A stretch of DNA of 64,000 nt from Lama glama. Lineage: Eukaryota. The notes beneath the pieces were generated by a model. The model had not been told where the DNA came from. It did no database searches and worked only from the letters and a program-made list of their open reading frames with translations. This document shows, in pieces, positions 1-11,870 of this stretch. Location: assembly GCA_028534125.1 (NCBI GenBank), contig JAPYYK010000155.1, forward strand, positions 372,001 to 436,000, written 5' to 3'. Each line of letters opens with the position of its first letter. Positions within the stretch are counted from its first letter, which is position 1. Made by a program: the position numbers and the translations under genes.

Positions 1-1275
1 TCCCAAACACTATTGCTCCGATTAATTTTAACTTTCTCAATACGGAGTATAGAAGGATGCTTCATAAGTTAAAAATAGTTCCTGTTGTATCATCAGTCCA
101 GCAATGGATTAGTGAAGATTAAAAGAGGACTGTAATGCCTTTTTTGGCCTTGAGAAAGCTCTTATTGTGTCTATGGTTCAGTTGGCCTGCTGATCATTTT
201 CATCTTAATGTAATCTTTACCATTACGCTGCTACAGGTGAGGTGTTAAGTAATACATTAACGAGACTATTCTCACTGAGCAATTTCACCAGAAATATGTT
301 TTTACCTAAATTAGACATTTAACAAATGCCATCTGTAATTCAGCACGGGGTAAGAGTGGGGGAGAGTACCTTTAAAACAAGCTATTGATGTGAATTTCCA
401 AAAACACCCCGAATAATTGTTGTTTTTAATTTTCATTGAAGTTCTGAATGTGGAATTATGTACTGTCAGTGCAGTAGACCAACACTAGGAGAGCACCAAA
501 GGCCTGAGAATTCTTACAAAATAAGCTGTGAGCAGTTTTATTTTAGCAGCCAGAAATCTTTCATTTAAATTAGGAAGAATCTACAGGTCCAGTTCATCAT
601 GTGGGTATGATGTGCTGAATGTTCTTAACACTTTTAAATCGTTTAGACAAATAGTAGGAACCTCAAAGTTTTGATAGAAAAATAAATTATACTATTTAAA
701 ACAAGTAATACATGAAATAATTTAGATGAAAATTATAAAGATTGCATGAGAATAACTGAATTTAAAAAGTAAAATAAAGGGGGGAGAGGATAGCAGAAAT
801 CTTACAATTGGAAACTGAAATAATAAATAATTTATTTTAAAATTTATTTCGTGACAAATTCCTCCACGCTCTGATCGTAAACGCCAATGCTATAAATAAA
901 GCCATTGACATTTGGACTGTAGACTTGTTTTTCTAAAAATCACAAAACATTAATTCTAGTTTGCAAATTTTCAAATGGATATCATGTTCAGAATCCAAAC
1001 GGGTTCTCCTTCCTTTTCACTTGGTGACTTCATAAAAGATAAATAAGCCCTTGGACCAAAAGATGGGTATACTGGCACGGTTAACTCTCTCGTCCCAAAA
1101 ATTCTACTCAGCTGAGAAGATTATTGTTTGGGGGCGGGAAGGGNNNNNNNNNNNNNNNNNNNNNNNNNNNNNNNNNNNNNNNNNNNNNNNNNNNNNNNNN
1201 NNNNNNNNNNNNNNNNNNNNNNNNNNNNNNNNNNNNNNNNNNNNNNNNNNNNNNNNNNNNNNNNNNNNNNNNNNN

Positions 1276-1424
1276 CCCGCGGCTCCCCTGCCCACTCAGC
1301 CGCGGCTGGCAGCCGGGCGAAAATCGGAGCCGCCTCCGCCCAGTCACCCACCATGGAAACCCTCCAAGAAAAAGTGGCTCCGGACGCGTGTGCCTGAAGA
1401 TTCCGCACAAAAGAGGTGCCCAAA
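1276..1424 (+). other. ST6GALNAC5: ST6GALNAC5 5' UTR / exon 1 non-coding part (true TSS not visible; may fall in the N gap)
   Basis: GC-rich sequence directly upstream of the ATG at 1425, inside the CpG island. Confidence 0.65.
1353..1397 (+). promoter_or_regulatory. Upstream ORF (METLQEKVAPDACA*) in the ST6GALNAC5 5' UTR
   Basis: CCACCATGG optimal Kozak at 1353; TGA at 1395-1397; same frame as the main ATG at 1425. Confidence 0.6.
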
Positions 1425-1439
1425 ATGAAGACCCTGATG
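1425..1439 (+). CDS. ST6GALNAC5: ST6GALNAC5 coding exon 1 (MKTLM), alpha-N-acetylgalactosaminide alpha-2,6-sialyltransferase 5
   Basis: ATG AAG ACC CTG ATG followed by consensus donor GTGAGT at 1440-1445. It joins in phase 0 to exon 2, giving MKTLMRHGLAVCLALTTMCTSLLLVYSS, the recognisable N-terminus of mammalian ST6GALNAC5. Confidence 0.95.
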
Positions 1440-2254
1440 GTGAGTCATTTGTTGCAACTCCTCTGGGCAGAGGCGGGACTCCGGGGCGCAGCGTCCCCGG
1501 GGCCCTCGGGAGAGCTCCAGGGCGCCTAACCCTGCGCTGCGAGGTCGCCTGTTACAAAGGGACAACTTTCCACCTGCTCCGCGTTCCTTCCCGATTTCTC
1601 GGTTCTGCCTGGCTCGGATTCCCAGAGCCCAAATAGGAACTCGGGATGCTGGGCTCCTGGCTCTCCAGCGGGCGGTCCGAGCGGACAGCGGAGAGCTAGA
1701 GAAGCTGTGGGGTGGTGGGCGCCTTGCTCGGGGATGGGGGTGCCCTAAAGCAACAGCCTCGCAAAAACTAAGAGAGGCGGGCAGGGGGACCTTTGCAGAC
1801 TTTCTTGGTTTCCTTGTCAGATTTAAAACTTGCAAGGATCGCTGAGGTAGAGGCTCACCACGGGTCCAGAAAGGAGAAGGGGCAAGGGCTAGACGTTCTA
1901 ACAGCCGAGCTGAGGCAGAGGGTCCCCTCCCCAAGGTGCGAGCCCACCCCTGTCCCCGCTGCCAGCGCGCTGTCCCTCGCGTGGCCCGGCGCCGCGCACC
2001 ACTTGTCCTCTGCCGAGAGATCTGGGAGGCGGCGGCGGCCAAGAGCAGCGCCGCTGGGGAGCATCCCCTGATGTACGCGAGGGGACGGTGCTTCCTCCGC
2101 CCGGGCTGCACGCGGCCGGGATAGGACCCGGGTCATTCCCCCGCCCCCGGACCTCCCCCACCCGTCCGACCGTCCCGCCGGTGTCCCCGCGGAGCGCGCT
2201 GCTCCCGGTTCGGCGCTCAGCGCCTCTCCTCTGCTCTCTCCCGCCCGCCCGCAG
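1440..2254 (+). other. ST6GALNAC5: ST6GALNAC5 intron 1 (815 nt, GT-AG, phase 0)
   Basis: GTGAGT ... ctctcctctgctctctcccgcccgcccgCAG. Confidence 0.93.
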
Positions 2255-2476
2255 CGCCATGGTCTGGCAGTGTGTTTAGCGCTCACCACCATGTGCACCA
2301 GCTTGTTGCTCGTGTACAGCAGCTTCGGCGGCCAGAAGGAGCGGCCCCTGCAGCAGCAGCAGGCAGCGGCGACCGGCAGCGCGCAGCGGTCGGCGGAGAG
2401 CAGCCCCCCGCCGCGTCCCGAGGCTCCCGCGGGACCGCGGCCGCTGGACGGATACCTTGGCGTGGTGGACCACAAG
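2255..2476 (+). CDS. ST6GALNAC5: ST6GALNAC5 coding exon 2 (222 nt, 74 codons): cytoplasmic tail, type II transmembrane anchor, Q4 tract and stem region
   Basis: Pyrimidine tract plus CAG acceptor ending at 2254. Translation RHGLAVCLALTTMCTSLLLVYSSFGGQKERPLQQQQAAATGSAQRSAESSPPPRPEAPAGPRPLDGYLGVVDHK matches ST6GALNAC5 as I recall it. Donor AAG/GTGACA at 2477. The CDS is partial; catalytic exons lie beyond the window. Confidence 0.96.
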
Positions 2477-3620
2477 GTGACAGCTCGCTCGCCAGCTCGC
2501 CCGCCACCCAGCCTGGGGATCCCGCACACCTGAGCTTGCCCCTTTCCCGGGGCTGGGAGGCGCCGTGAGTAGGTGCCATTCGGAGGCTGGAAGGGGGAGT
2601 GGACCCGCGAGGGTGGGATGGCAGAGTTCCTACCTGGTATGAATTTCTTTTTGGAGAAGGATGCAAAGTTTTCAGGGAATAGGGATGAGATGAGTGGACC
2701 CCAAATCCTACTTTCATAATAGGAACCGTCCCTGGAACTAGAATCGCCATGACCCCAGAACTGCAGCTACCGCTGGGTGCTGGGTTCCTGAAGCCTCGGG
2801 TTTGGCGGCCAAGTCGCGCCCTAGTGGGAGGAGAACCAGGAATGGCGCGGGTACCAGTCCGGGCGTACCTCGGACCGGGAACCGGAGGCTGAGGAGCAGC
2901 CAGCCCGCGGCCGCTGCTCAGCCTCGCAGGTTCTTAATCTGATCTCTGCTTCGGATGCTCTGGGCTAAATTCCCACAGCCCTGGGGAGCGGTGCCCAGGC
3001 AGGCGCGGAAGGCTTTAGGCACAAACTCAGCTTTCATTGGCTTGAAACTCATCGTTGAGGGCCTATTTTCCTCTGCCTTCCGGGAAGTCGCTGCATGGTT
3101 TGGCTAATAATTAAAAAGATGAATTTTTAAGAAATTAAGCCTCCTTCCCTTAGAAATAATGAATCTCTGGTTTCAGTGTGTGAAGCCTCTGGGAGAATCC
3201 TAATCAAGTTTCCTAATTCTGAAAAGATATTTTGATACAGTTTAAATGTATTTCCCATCCTTTGAAGCTGCTAGTATATATGTATTTTTAATTTAAACAG
3301 AATTCCACCCTGTATATGCTCTATAAAGCTGGAGAATTTCTTGAAACCACTCAAGTATTCTGCTTTTTGTATTATTAGGTTTTATGGTTGTGAACCAAAG
3401 TGATATTTAGCAGGTGCTGCTTTTGTGTGAAAAGATGACTCTTCCCATGTATGGGAAAGTCACACTTTTTTTAAGTAGCAATCAGAATACTTCTCACTTG
3501 TGCAATGTATAATGCTAAGGATTTTGGAGAGTATGAAAGAGTTGAAGGCAGAACCCAGCCTTTAGGGATCACTGAATGCCTGTAGGGGGAAAAAAAAACA
3601 ATATACCATGAAATGTGGTT

Positions 3621-3660
3621 GGATGGATAGATAGATGACAGATAGATAGACAGATAGATA
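3621..3660. repeat. Imperfect (GATA)n microsatellite
   Basis: ggatggatagatagatgacagatagatagacagatagata. Confidence 0.85.
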
Positions 3661-5802
3661 TAAATGTATGGGAAATGCTAGATATAAACAGTTCTGTTGG
3701 AGTACAGAAGTGAGAAAGATCTCGGACCTAGTAAAATCAAGGAAAGTTTCTTTGAAAAGGCAGAGCTAGCACTCAGAAGAATTCAGGGAAGCAAAAAAGG
3801 GCAAGAGAAAAGAGGAAGTGATTTGCCTGGAATGAGGACTGGTGGTAGATCCTTAAAATCAAAAGCAGAGCAGGCCATCAGTTCCACAATTACAGCTTTG
3901 CTTTTCTCTTTAAGTTGTCAGATTGATTACATACTTTGTATCTGCGTGTGCAAGCAACCCAGAAGGGCTGAAGTTCTAGAAGAGGTGAGACATTGGCTTC
4001 TGACTGTGGATAGATGTGCTATTTGTGTGTATGATGAATGTATTGAACCTGGTGGATTTTCATGGCTGTTGTTTAGTGGAAATGGCTATCCAGCACTTGT
4101 GAAGCTTTGATTAATAGGGGTGTCAAAAGGTAAATTTGCTGAAAGCTTTGATCCGCCTTTGGGAAGACACTCTGAATGCCTCCCTTCCTGTGCTCTCCTG
4201 CTGGACAGACAGCAGCTAAGAACACTGATAGCCTAGGGCAAAATATGATGCCCGCATGTTCCCTTTCAAAGCAATGTTTATTCACACGGATATATTGGGT
4301 TCCACTTCATTGTATCAGAGCCTTATTTCATTAAAACGAAGGACAGCCCCTTTGAGGAAGGAAATGTTGAAACTCTAGGAGAAATTGCGATAACACATAT
4401 TAAAGGGTTTTGTAAACTGTGAAGTGTTATGTGAATGATAGATACACACAGAAGTCCTTAGAATTCGTAGCAGAGAATTGTAAATGTGACCAGGAAGTTC
4501 TTCTCAGATAATTAGTACCAATGAAATTCTTTCATAGAAAATCAGCCTCTTACAAAATTCCATACTCAAAGTGTCCAACAAAGTTTATCCTACCCCAGGC
4601 AAAGGAACAAATACAAATCTTACAACCCGTGCCTGCTCTCTAGGCACTGTTCCAGTTGTCCCGCTGAATGAAGTGTAAACCTCTGCTTAGAATGTAGTCA
4701 CTTTACCGCTACTACTTAGCTGGCTGCAAGTTGGGCAGAGTTCATTCCCGCTGGCTATCTGAAGGTGCGTGTGTGAAATGTTTATGTCATCTCCCAAAGC
4801 TGCTGTTTAAGTAGGTTTCCTTGGGATCGCCCTATATTCTTGCTTAGTCTGAGGTAGAAACCATTTGTTGGAATATTGCTAGGATTTTTTTTCCAGTTAA
4901 CACAGGGGAGGGTAAAGTTGAAAGCTTTTCTATTCTTATTATGTTGCCAGATGATACTCTGATTGCTTTTTTTTCCCTCTACTCTCACATCAGGCCTTAG
5001 AAAAATTATAGGATGTGCTGAATGTGATGACCACCAAGCCGTGTGCTGCTGCATATTGAATCAGAATTCCTACAGACTTTCTATTTGCCATTGATTTACT
5101 GAATCTGGAGAGAGTTACAGATACCATTTAGGAAAATGTTCACATCTCCGTGGCTGGAGGTCCCAAAGTCTGATAAATACGTAGTGTTTATGTTCAGTTA
5201 CATAGTGGTATTAACGTAACTCCGAGATTAAATTCAACAGGCGGTCTTAATCCCCAGCACCTGAATTTCACAAATTACCGCCTGTCTGCAGTGATAGTCT
5301 TGTCTCATACGGCTGCAGACGGAATTGCTGTTCAGATTAAATCACTGCGTGCTTTTGTTGAAAGGCATGCTGCAAGTCAAGCCAGTGATGAGCAATGTGT
5401 GTAGAAGCTTAAAATATTACTTTCCATAGTTGTAGTCCCTACTTCCTGTTTCTCAAACAGTGTGAGCGGAAATCCTAATTCCAGTGTGACAAAGTAAGTG
5501 AAGTCTCCTTGGAGTTTCGTGTGATGATGAAATCACTCATTTTCTCTTAGGTAGATTCTTTCTCTTCATTCCCAAACCTTTTCCCCCAACCTTTCCCCAG
5601 AAATATTTCTCCAACTGATTTCCATCTTGTTACGAGTCTGTCACTACAGCTATGCATTTCTGCATCCTGCCATTTCCTGGTCCTCATTTCTGGAAGTCTT
5701 TGATTTCTAACCACATCTGCCAGACCTAAGCAAAGAAGCCAGCTTCCATGGTTTGGGGAACCTTCTGCCTTTAGAACTGCAGTGTAATGTATAATCAGAC
5801 TA

Positions 5803-5835
5803 ACACACACACACGCACACACACACGCACACACA
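5803..5835. repeat. (CA)n microsatellite with CG interruptions
   Basis: acacacacacacgcacacacacacgcacacaca. Confidence 0.9.
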
Positions 5836-6787
5836 AAATCAAGCAACTTTCAGAGAAAAACTCTGAGTCTCCCAGCAGGATATAAGGGGACATGAAACAC
5901 ACTTCCGTTTCCGGTCTGGGTTTGCTCTGGGTAGTTAACGTCATTTGCCATCTGGCGGACCCTGTGGAATGAAACTGTGACCTGATTCCCATTTCCAGTG
6001 GACAGGAGCCCTTATCACAGAAGACCCGCTTGTCACCTGGGCTGTTCTCTTCTGAGATGGCTCAAGAAAGAGCAGTAATCAGTGGGGTCTGAAGCAGAGC
6101 TGCTGGCTCCTCACTTTAGTAGTAGCCCCCAGGAATGGATTTTACACAGACCACTAACACGTTTGCCCTTGGTTCTTTCCTTCCTTGAGCACTCAGTTAT
6201 TTAGACAAAATCAAATTGCTTAGAGGAAATAGTACTGTCACTATTAACTAGTAGACGTCCAGTTGGAGTGATAAGACAAGTCAGTGCAAGAGTTGAAAAA
6301 TAATTCAAAACTGGAAAAGAAAGATACGTCATATAACTTACTTTGAAACTATGGCATGAGTATTCTTTTTTAGAGAGGCATATGCATTCTCAAATACAAT
6401 TTATTCGGCCCTATTTTATATTTGAGACATCCAAAGAATGATAAATAATTTAGATCTCAAAGAAGTTCGGAGTGAGCTTATTTTCTGTGCTCAAGTATTA
6501 CAAAATATAATATGCCAACAATGATGAAACTCTGTTATCATAAAGCACCAACCAAAAAGAATCATGAAATGAACTATTTTTTATGGGTAAAGAGTTCCAA
6601 TAATGTGGTTGTTTTTGAACTGGAGAAGTGTTCTTATAACAGTTAGTAAAATAGTTAACCTCCCTTAATTCTGAAAGCCAGTATTTCCTCAGCTTTCCAC
6701 AAGAGTAATCCCAAAACACCTTTATGCCAAAGCCCAGGTCATACCTTGGGTGGTGAGCTTATTCTGGCTCCTCAAGTTTCAGGCATT

Positions 6788-7182
6788 CTGGCCTCCTTGC
6801 TGATCCTCGAACACTCATTCTGCCTCAGGGCCTTTGCACTTGCTAGTTCCTCTCCCTGGAAAGCTGCTGCCCAAGGTCTTTTGCATGGTTGGTTCCTTCT
6901 GGTCATTTGATCATCACATCACATCATCTTCTTGTGGACCACACTCTTTGAAAAACCCCTTTCTCAACAGTCATTCTCTATCATATCAGCCTGTTTTATT
7001 TTCCTTATAATACTTAACAAAATCTGAAATAATCTTAAAGTTTACTTGTCTCTTATCTGCCCTACCCCCAAGCAGAATCTAAATGCTGTGATAGCAAAGT
7101 GTTTGTACATCTTGTTGACCAGTTTAACTCCAGGTCCCAGTACTTGGCCCTTGGTGGGCACACAGGAAGTATTTAATGAAGG
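6788..7182 (+). mobile_element. L2 LINE 3' fragment
   Basis: ctggcctccttgctg...gcctcagggcctttgcacttgct...; ends in an L2-tail-like atttaatgaa. Boundaries approximate. Confidence 0.7.
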
Positions 7183-7839
7183 AAAGAAGAAGGCAGTGTG
7201 TAGTGAGGGTTGTGGGGTAGGGGGTGGTCCCTGTAGAAGGATAGAGCTACCTTACCTGTGTCAAGTCCTTCCTTTACAAGATATATTGTTGCGTCCAGTG
7301 CAACAAAGATTCCTGCTTATGGATGGGTGCTGCAGAACATAAGAAACACACAGACAGATAGAGAATCAAAGATGGACCAGGAGACTCAAGATCTCAAAGA
7401 TCAAGAGCTCTGGATGGCTGGTTTGCATCGCATTTACTATCATAGTGCTGCAGGAAATAACTTTGTTATGTCTCCATCTGTTCCCTTTGTGAATGGGCCA
7501 ACAAACGTCACAGAAGCTTTAATGACTCCCTTTTGCAGAAGGCATTATGTATGTGCCGGAGCAGTGTTCTGCTCATGCAAGGGTCAGTGTTCCGAGACCA
7601 GCATTGTTTGCCCTCAGGAAACACCCTAGTTCCATGCTGCACCCCAAGCCCCTGCAAGGGAACTTCTTATTTTCTTGTTCTCATGGAGACATCCTGTTGA
7701 CTTGTTTTCCCACAAAATATCAGTGCAGTCCCAGGCCCTGGTGTGTCTCATCTTTCCTAAATCTGGCTTACTACTATTACTCCTAATAATAACAATGGGG
7801 AGGAAGAAGAAGAAATGATTTAAAAGATAAGATTCTTTG

Positions 7840-7918
7840 GGAATGAGATTTAAGAATCTACCATTTTAATAGGCTTCCCTTATGATTCTTGTGCACATTA
7901 AAGTTTGAGAATCATCAT
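7840..7918. mobile_element. MER5-like hAT-Charlie fragment
   Basis: gaatct..cattttaa..gattcttgtgcacattaaagtttgagaa resembles the MER5 terminus. Confidence 0.55.
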
Positions 7919-10469
7919 TTGAAACATTTTTAATCATCACACTATGTAGTTCTGTAGCTAATTTGTTCCTGGGTTTTTGAACTACTCATAGCCCTTAGTA
8001 AATATTCAATTGAAGGCTTAATAGTTGTAAAATTGGATATTCTGGAAGAAGAACACAGTCCCTACCCTCAAAGAACCTTTGATCTAATTGGAGAGAAAAG
8101 ACAAAGAAGCAAGAAAGGTTAAATATTAAAGCAAATGCTGAATAATAATATGAAGCCAGGAAACACTAAATCAAGGCACTGACACTAAAAAGGAGGCAAT
8201 TTCTGTGATCTTTCTCATCTTTAAAATAGGTTAAATATTATTATTACCTTAGAAGTTACAAAACTTTTGAACTAAAATTCCATCAATCATCAGTCCCTTT
8301 TAATATATATGTGTGTTCTTTATATATTATACATGTGACATTTAATGAATAATTAGTAAGCTTGGATATCAAAGTAACTTCAAATTTTAGATTCAAAATA
8401 TTCAATCTCTTTCTGAGTCTCCTTTGGCATGGCATAGGGTCTCCTGGGGTCCTGAAGGGAGCTAACCCTGTTACCCCATTCACGTGTCTTTGTAACATAT
8501 GGTGACTGTATTTTCTAAACCAAATCTCATAACTCACGGTATGATGAATTTGAACATAACTATGTTGGCCACAAGACAGAATATTTGCAATCAGAGCTCT
8601 CCTGGAAACGTGACATCTGTTACAGAGGGGACTTTCCATAACCTCTAAGGTCAAACAGCAGCTCAGTATAATTCCCGTCCTGCAAATATGGGGATAAAGG
8701 GAGATTAAAGATGAGAAAAGACTGAAACATTGAAACCCATCATCAGTCAGTGAATCATTCTGCAAACCTCCTCTACACCTATTTAATAGCCTGGGAGCAG
8801 CTGCGAAGGATCATAGGTATAGAAAGACAAAGAATGATTCTTTCTTAAATAATAATATTACTACGCATAGCTGGTGAACCTGATTCAAAAGAAGAATTTC
8901 CTCTTGAGTCAGTAAATTTATGATCAGATGATCAACATGAACTTGGGGGTGAGGGCATCTGAGATGTACTCAGATTCTTCTTCACAAGCTCTTTTAGTCT
9001 TTTAAACTCTTGGTTTGGGCCTGGGACAAATAAATATTTTCATGGAATGCACTATTCAATGTGGTTTCCCAAATAAAAGTCACAGGCAAGGATATTCTCA
9101 GCTTAGACAGTGTATCACCAGGGAAGCCTTCCAGGACTTGTAGCCCTGATTAGATCTGAGCCATAGGTTTTGTCTTCATAGCCAGAATCCCATGATAATA
9201 CGTATTCTGGCTTACTGTTATTTCTTGTCTAAAATTGTCTGCCTTCCCTGTGGGACAATCAATTCTTGGAGGCTGGGGATTTTTTTTTTTCTCTCTTTTT
9301 TGTCATTGAATTCTCAGCCTGGTGTATAATAGGCCTCCAATAAATATTTGTTGAATAAATGAGTATAGCCATATAAAGATTTTCTATTTCTTCTACAATA
9401 ATCCTGCCTCCAGAGTTTTTGACCATTTGGAGTTACTGAAAAGGAAGACCTCACATACAAATATCCATTTCTCCTGCCACAACTTGTAGTTCTGTAACTA
9501 TTTCATCTCTACATTCTTGTACTAATCAGATCTCTTAAAGCATACTCTGAATTTTAGAGCTAGAAGGAAAACTTCAAAATTACCAAAAGGAATTCATGAG
9601 TGATCATGTGAATGGCCGACAGTCGAGGGTCAGTGGCAGAGCTAGGGCTAAAATGTGGGTCTCTGATGTGAACACCATTACCGTAAGGGAAGTTCGGTGC
9701 CAATATATTCTAAGCAGTGATTCAACATTGCTTGAACAGAATTTATTAAAATGAAGAGCCTTGGCATATCCAGTTATTGGAAAGAAATAAATATTTAAAC
9801 GTCTTATTATTCTGAAATGAATATGAGAATATGCCTCTGGATAGTTAAAAAGAGCTCCCACCAACCACTGACTCAGCAGTGGGTACCCAAGGCTACGTAA
9901 CATGCATGGCACCAATGTAATTGCAACGATTTTGTGAATCAGAGTGGATTTAGCCTTTAAAAAGTAAACCAGGCCAAAAGGAGTGTTGTGTTTAATTATT
10001 TGCAGAAATGTCACAGCTAGACCACTCATTTAGCTGAATTACCTTCTCCACAGTGGGGAAGAAACCACATCGGGGGACTCAGCTAATCAAGGGTCTGAAG
10101 AACAGCCATTCTGCAGGTAATCGTTGGCTTCTCCAGTTCTAAGATGTGATTCTTATTCTGAGATAGGATTACCTGAGGCAAATAGGAGACCATTTTACCT
10201 CTGGTAGAAAAAATTAACCCTGATGGTTGTTGTAGCTCAGAATGAAAAGGAGACTTTTTTTCATTATATTCTCTTTTAATGGCTAGAAGCTGACTACGAG
10301 TGTTCCGGGGACCCTCACAGAGTCTGAGGATACGCTGGCAGACTGAAATGCAAAGTTAAATCATATTTTTTTAAACAAGAAAGCATATTCTGGAAATTAA
10401 TTGCACATTTGGGACCTCTCCACTGACTGAACTGCATTATTGCGTTTTTAATTTACAGATCTGCTCATG

Positions 10470-11130
10470 TTCCTTGCATGCCTCTGATGGCTTCCCTTTG
10501 CCTAAAGGATCAAGTTCAGGCTCCATAGGAAGGCTCACAAGGCCTGACAGGGTCTGCGTGGCCTACTTCTCCAACCCCCCACCCCGCACACACTGCTCTC
10601 CTGAGCCCAGCCTCCTCCGTACACACTGCTCTTGCTCCATCAAGGAGTGTCCTCTCTCCTTGTATCCACCAGGTAGGGAACCAATCACTCATTAAGACCG
10701 AGCTCCAACATCTACTTTCTAAAGTCTTCCCAGGTGCCACCTCTGTGCAGAGCAGGCCCCACAATCTCCTATGCCAGCCGTGGATCAGTCAGTCAGGCAC
10801 ATACTGGCTGAGTGCCTTCTATGTGTTAGACTCAGGGGAGGAAGTGAGAGGAAGGACCTAGTCCTCACCCACAGGACAGTCACAGAGGAGGAAACACGTT
10901 TTACAATGACTATACCTTGGTAAATGTATACACATGTATACACATGCTCTTCGGATCTTGTGCATGCCTCTAACCACGCAGTACTGCAGTTATCTAACTG
11001 CATGCTTGTCTCCCTGACTAGGCTGTACCTTCTGGAGCCCAGGAATATCACTTCTCCATCCTGGTATCTCCAGGACCTAAAATTGTACCCAGTCCATGTT
11101 GAAACTCAATAAATCTTTGTTGAATGTTAG
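10470..11130 (+). mobile_element. Degraded L2 fragments
   Basis: L2-like pyrimidine-rich body and tail ctcaataaatctttgttgaatg at ~11105-11127. Confidence 0.55.
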
Positions 11131-11479
11131 ATGCACAGAATCCCATTGTAATCATATGTTATAGGAAGAGATTTGAACAAGTCTGGTTAATAGACTTGCT
11201 AATTATAAGGATGTCAGAAATGATAAGTAGGGGCAGAAAGACTTCACATGGGTGGCAGACATATCTTTAATTTCTGGTTCCCCTTTGAACGCGGAACAGC
11301 ATTTGCTGACCTTTCCAGAGTGGTTGACCAGGTACTGAGAAACAGGAGTGCCCATCCTTGAGGACGGCGTGGTATCCTGGGAGGCAAGGGCCATGCCCAA
11401 GTTTTTCACTTGTTACGAGCTCTTTGGGAAGTCAAGTAACTTTTAGGACTGAGCTAGTCTGTAGAAGGGATAGTTAAGC

Positions 11480-11870
11480 TAGGTTCATTCATTCTCTCAT
11501 TTATCATATAATATTGTGTGCCTACCACACACTTGCCACTGTGTTCTGGACCCAGGAAGCAACAATGAATAAGATGTGATCCCTGACTCCACAAAACTTA
11601 AGTCTATAAGAGAGGAGGATAAACAGATATAAAATTAAAGTGCAGATTTGGATAGAAAGATTTACATATTACAGAGATTAGATTGTATCCTGAAAATCTG
11701 GAGGAAGTCTTCCAAGAGTAAATTAGAGGAGTGACTTCCTCAGATGTGTGTTTCAGTGGATCACCATGGCTTTGGTGTGGCACAAGGCAGAGCAGTCCTA
11801 GGTTACAGGAAGAGAGTCCACTTAGCAGACTGTAGATGTGATCTGAGTGAGTGATGCTAGTGGTCAGACG
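11480..11870 (-). mobile_element. Degraded L2 fragment
   Basis: ttcattcatt...tgcctac...cactgtgttctgg...atgaataagatgtgatccctgac pattern. Confidence 0.5.

Larger units (their letters stand above)
1125..3010. promoter_or_regulatory. CpG-island promoter of ST6GALNAC5, with GC boxes
   Basis: Abrupt change from AT-rich flanks to GC/CpG-dense sequence covering exons 1-2. GGGGCGGG box at ~1131 just before the gap. Confidence 0.88.

Noticed and set aside
278-300. TTCAGCAC half-sites (also ~33602) and GCGCTGTCC (~1967) as REST/RE1 elements
   Set aside because: Only isolated half-sites; no complete RE1 motif.
609-622. 14-nt match GATGTGCTGAATGT shared with 5012-5025
   Set aside because: A single short match, compatible with chance in 64 kb.
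2270-2533. 87-aa ORF treated as a standalone gene
   Set aside because: It is ST6GALNAC5 exon 2 read from a GTG plus run-on into intron 2; the true boundaries are 2255-2476.
1344-2750. Long antisense and alternative-frame ORFs (255, 224 and 155 aa etc.) over the CpG island
   Set aside because: Expected from stop-codon scarcity in GC-rich DNA; low-complexity R/A/G/P sequences with no recognisable domain.
5281-5322. GTCTGCAG...CTGCAGAC hairpin as a possible miRNA
   Set aside because: Stem of only ~8-10 bp, too short for a pre-miRNA.
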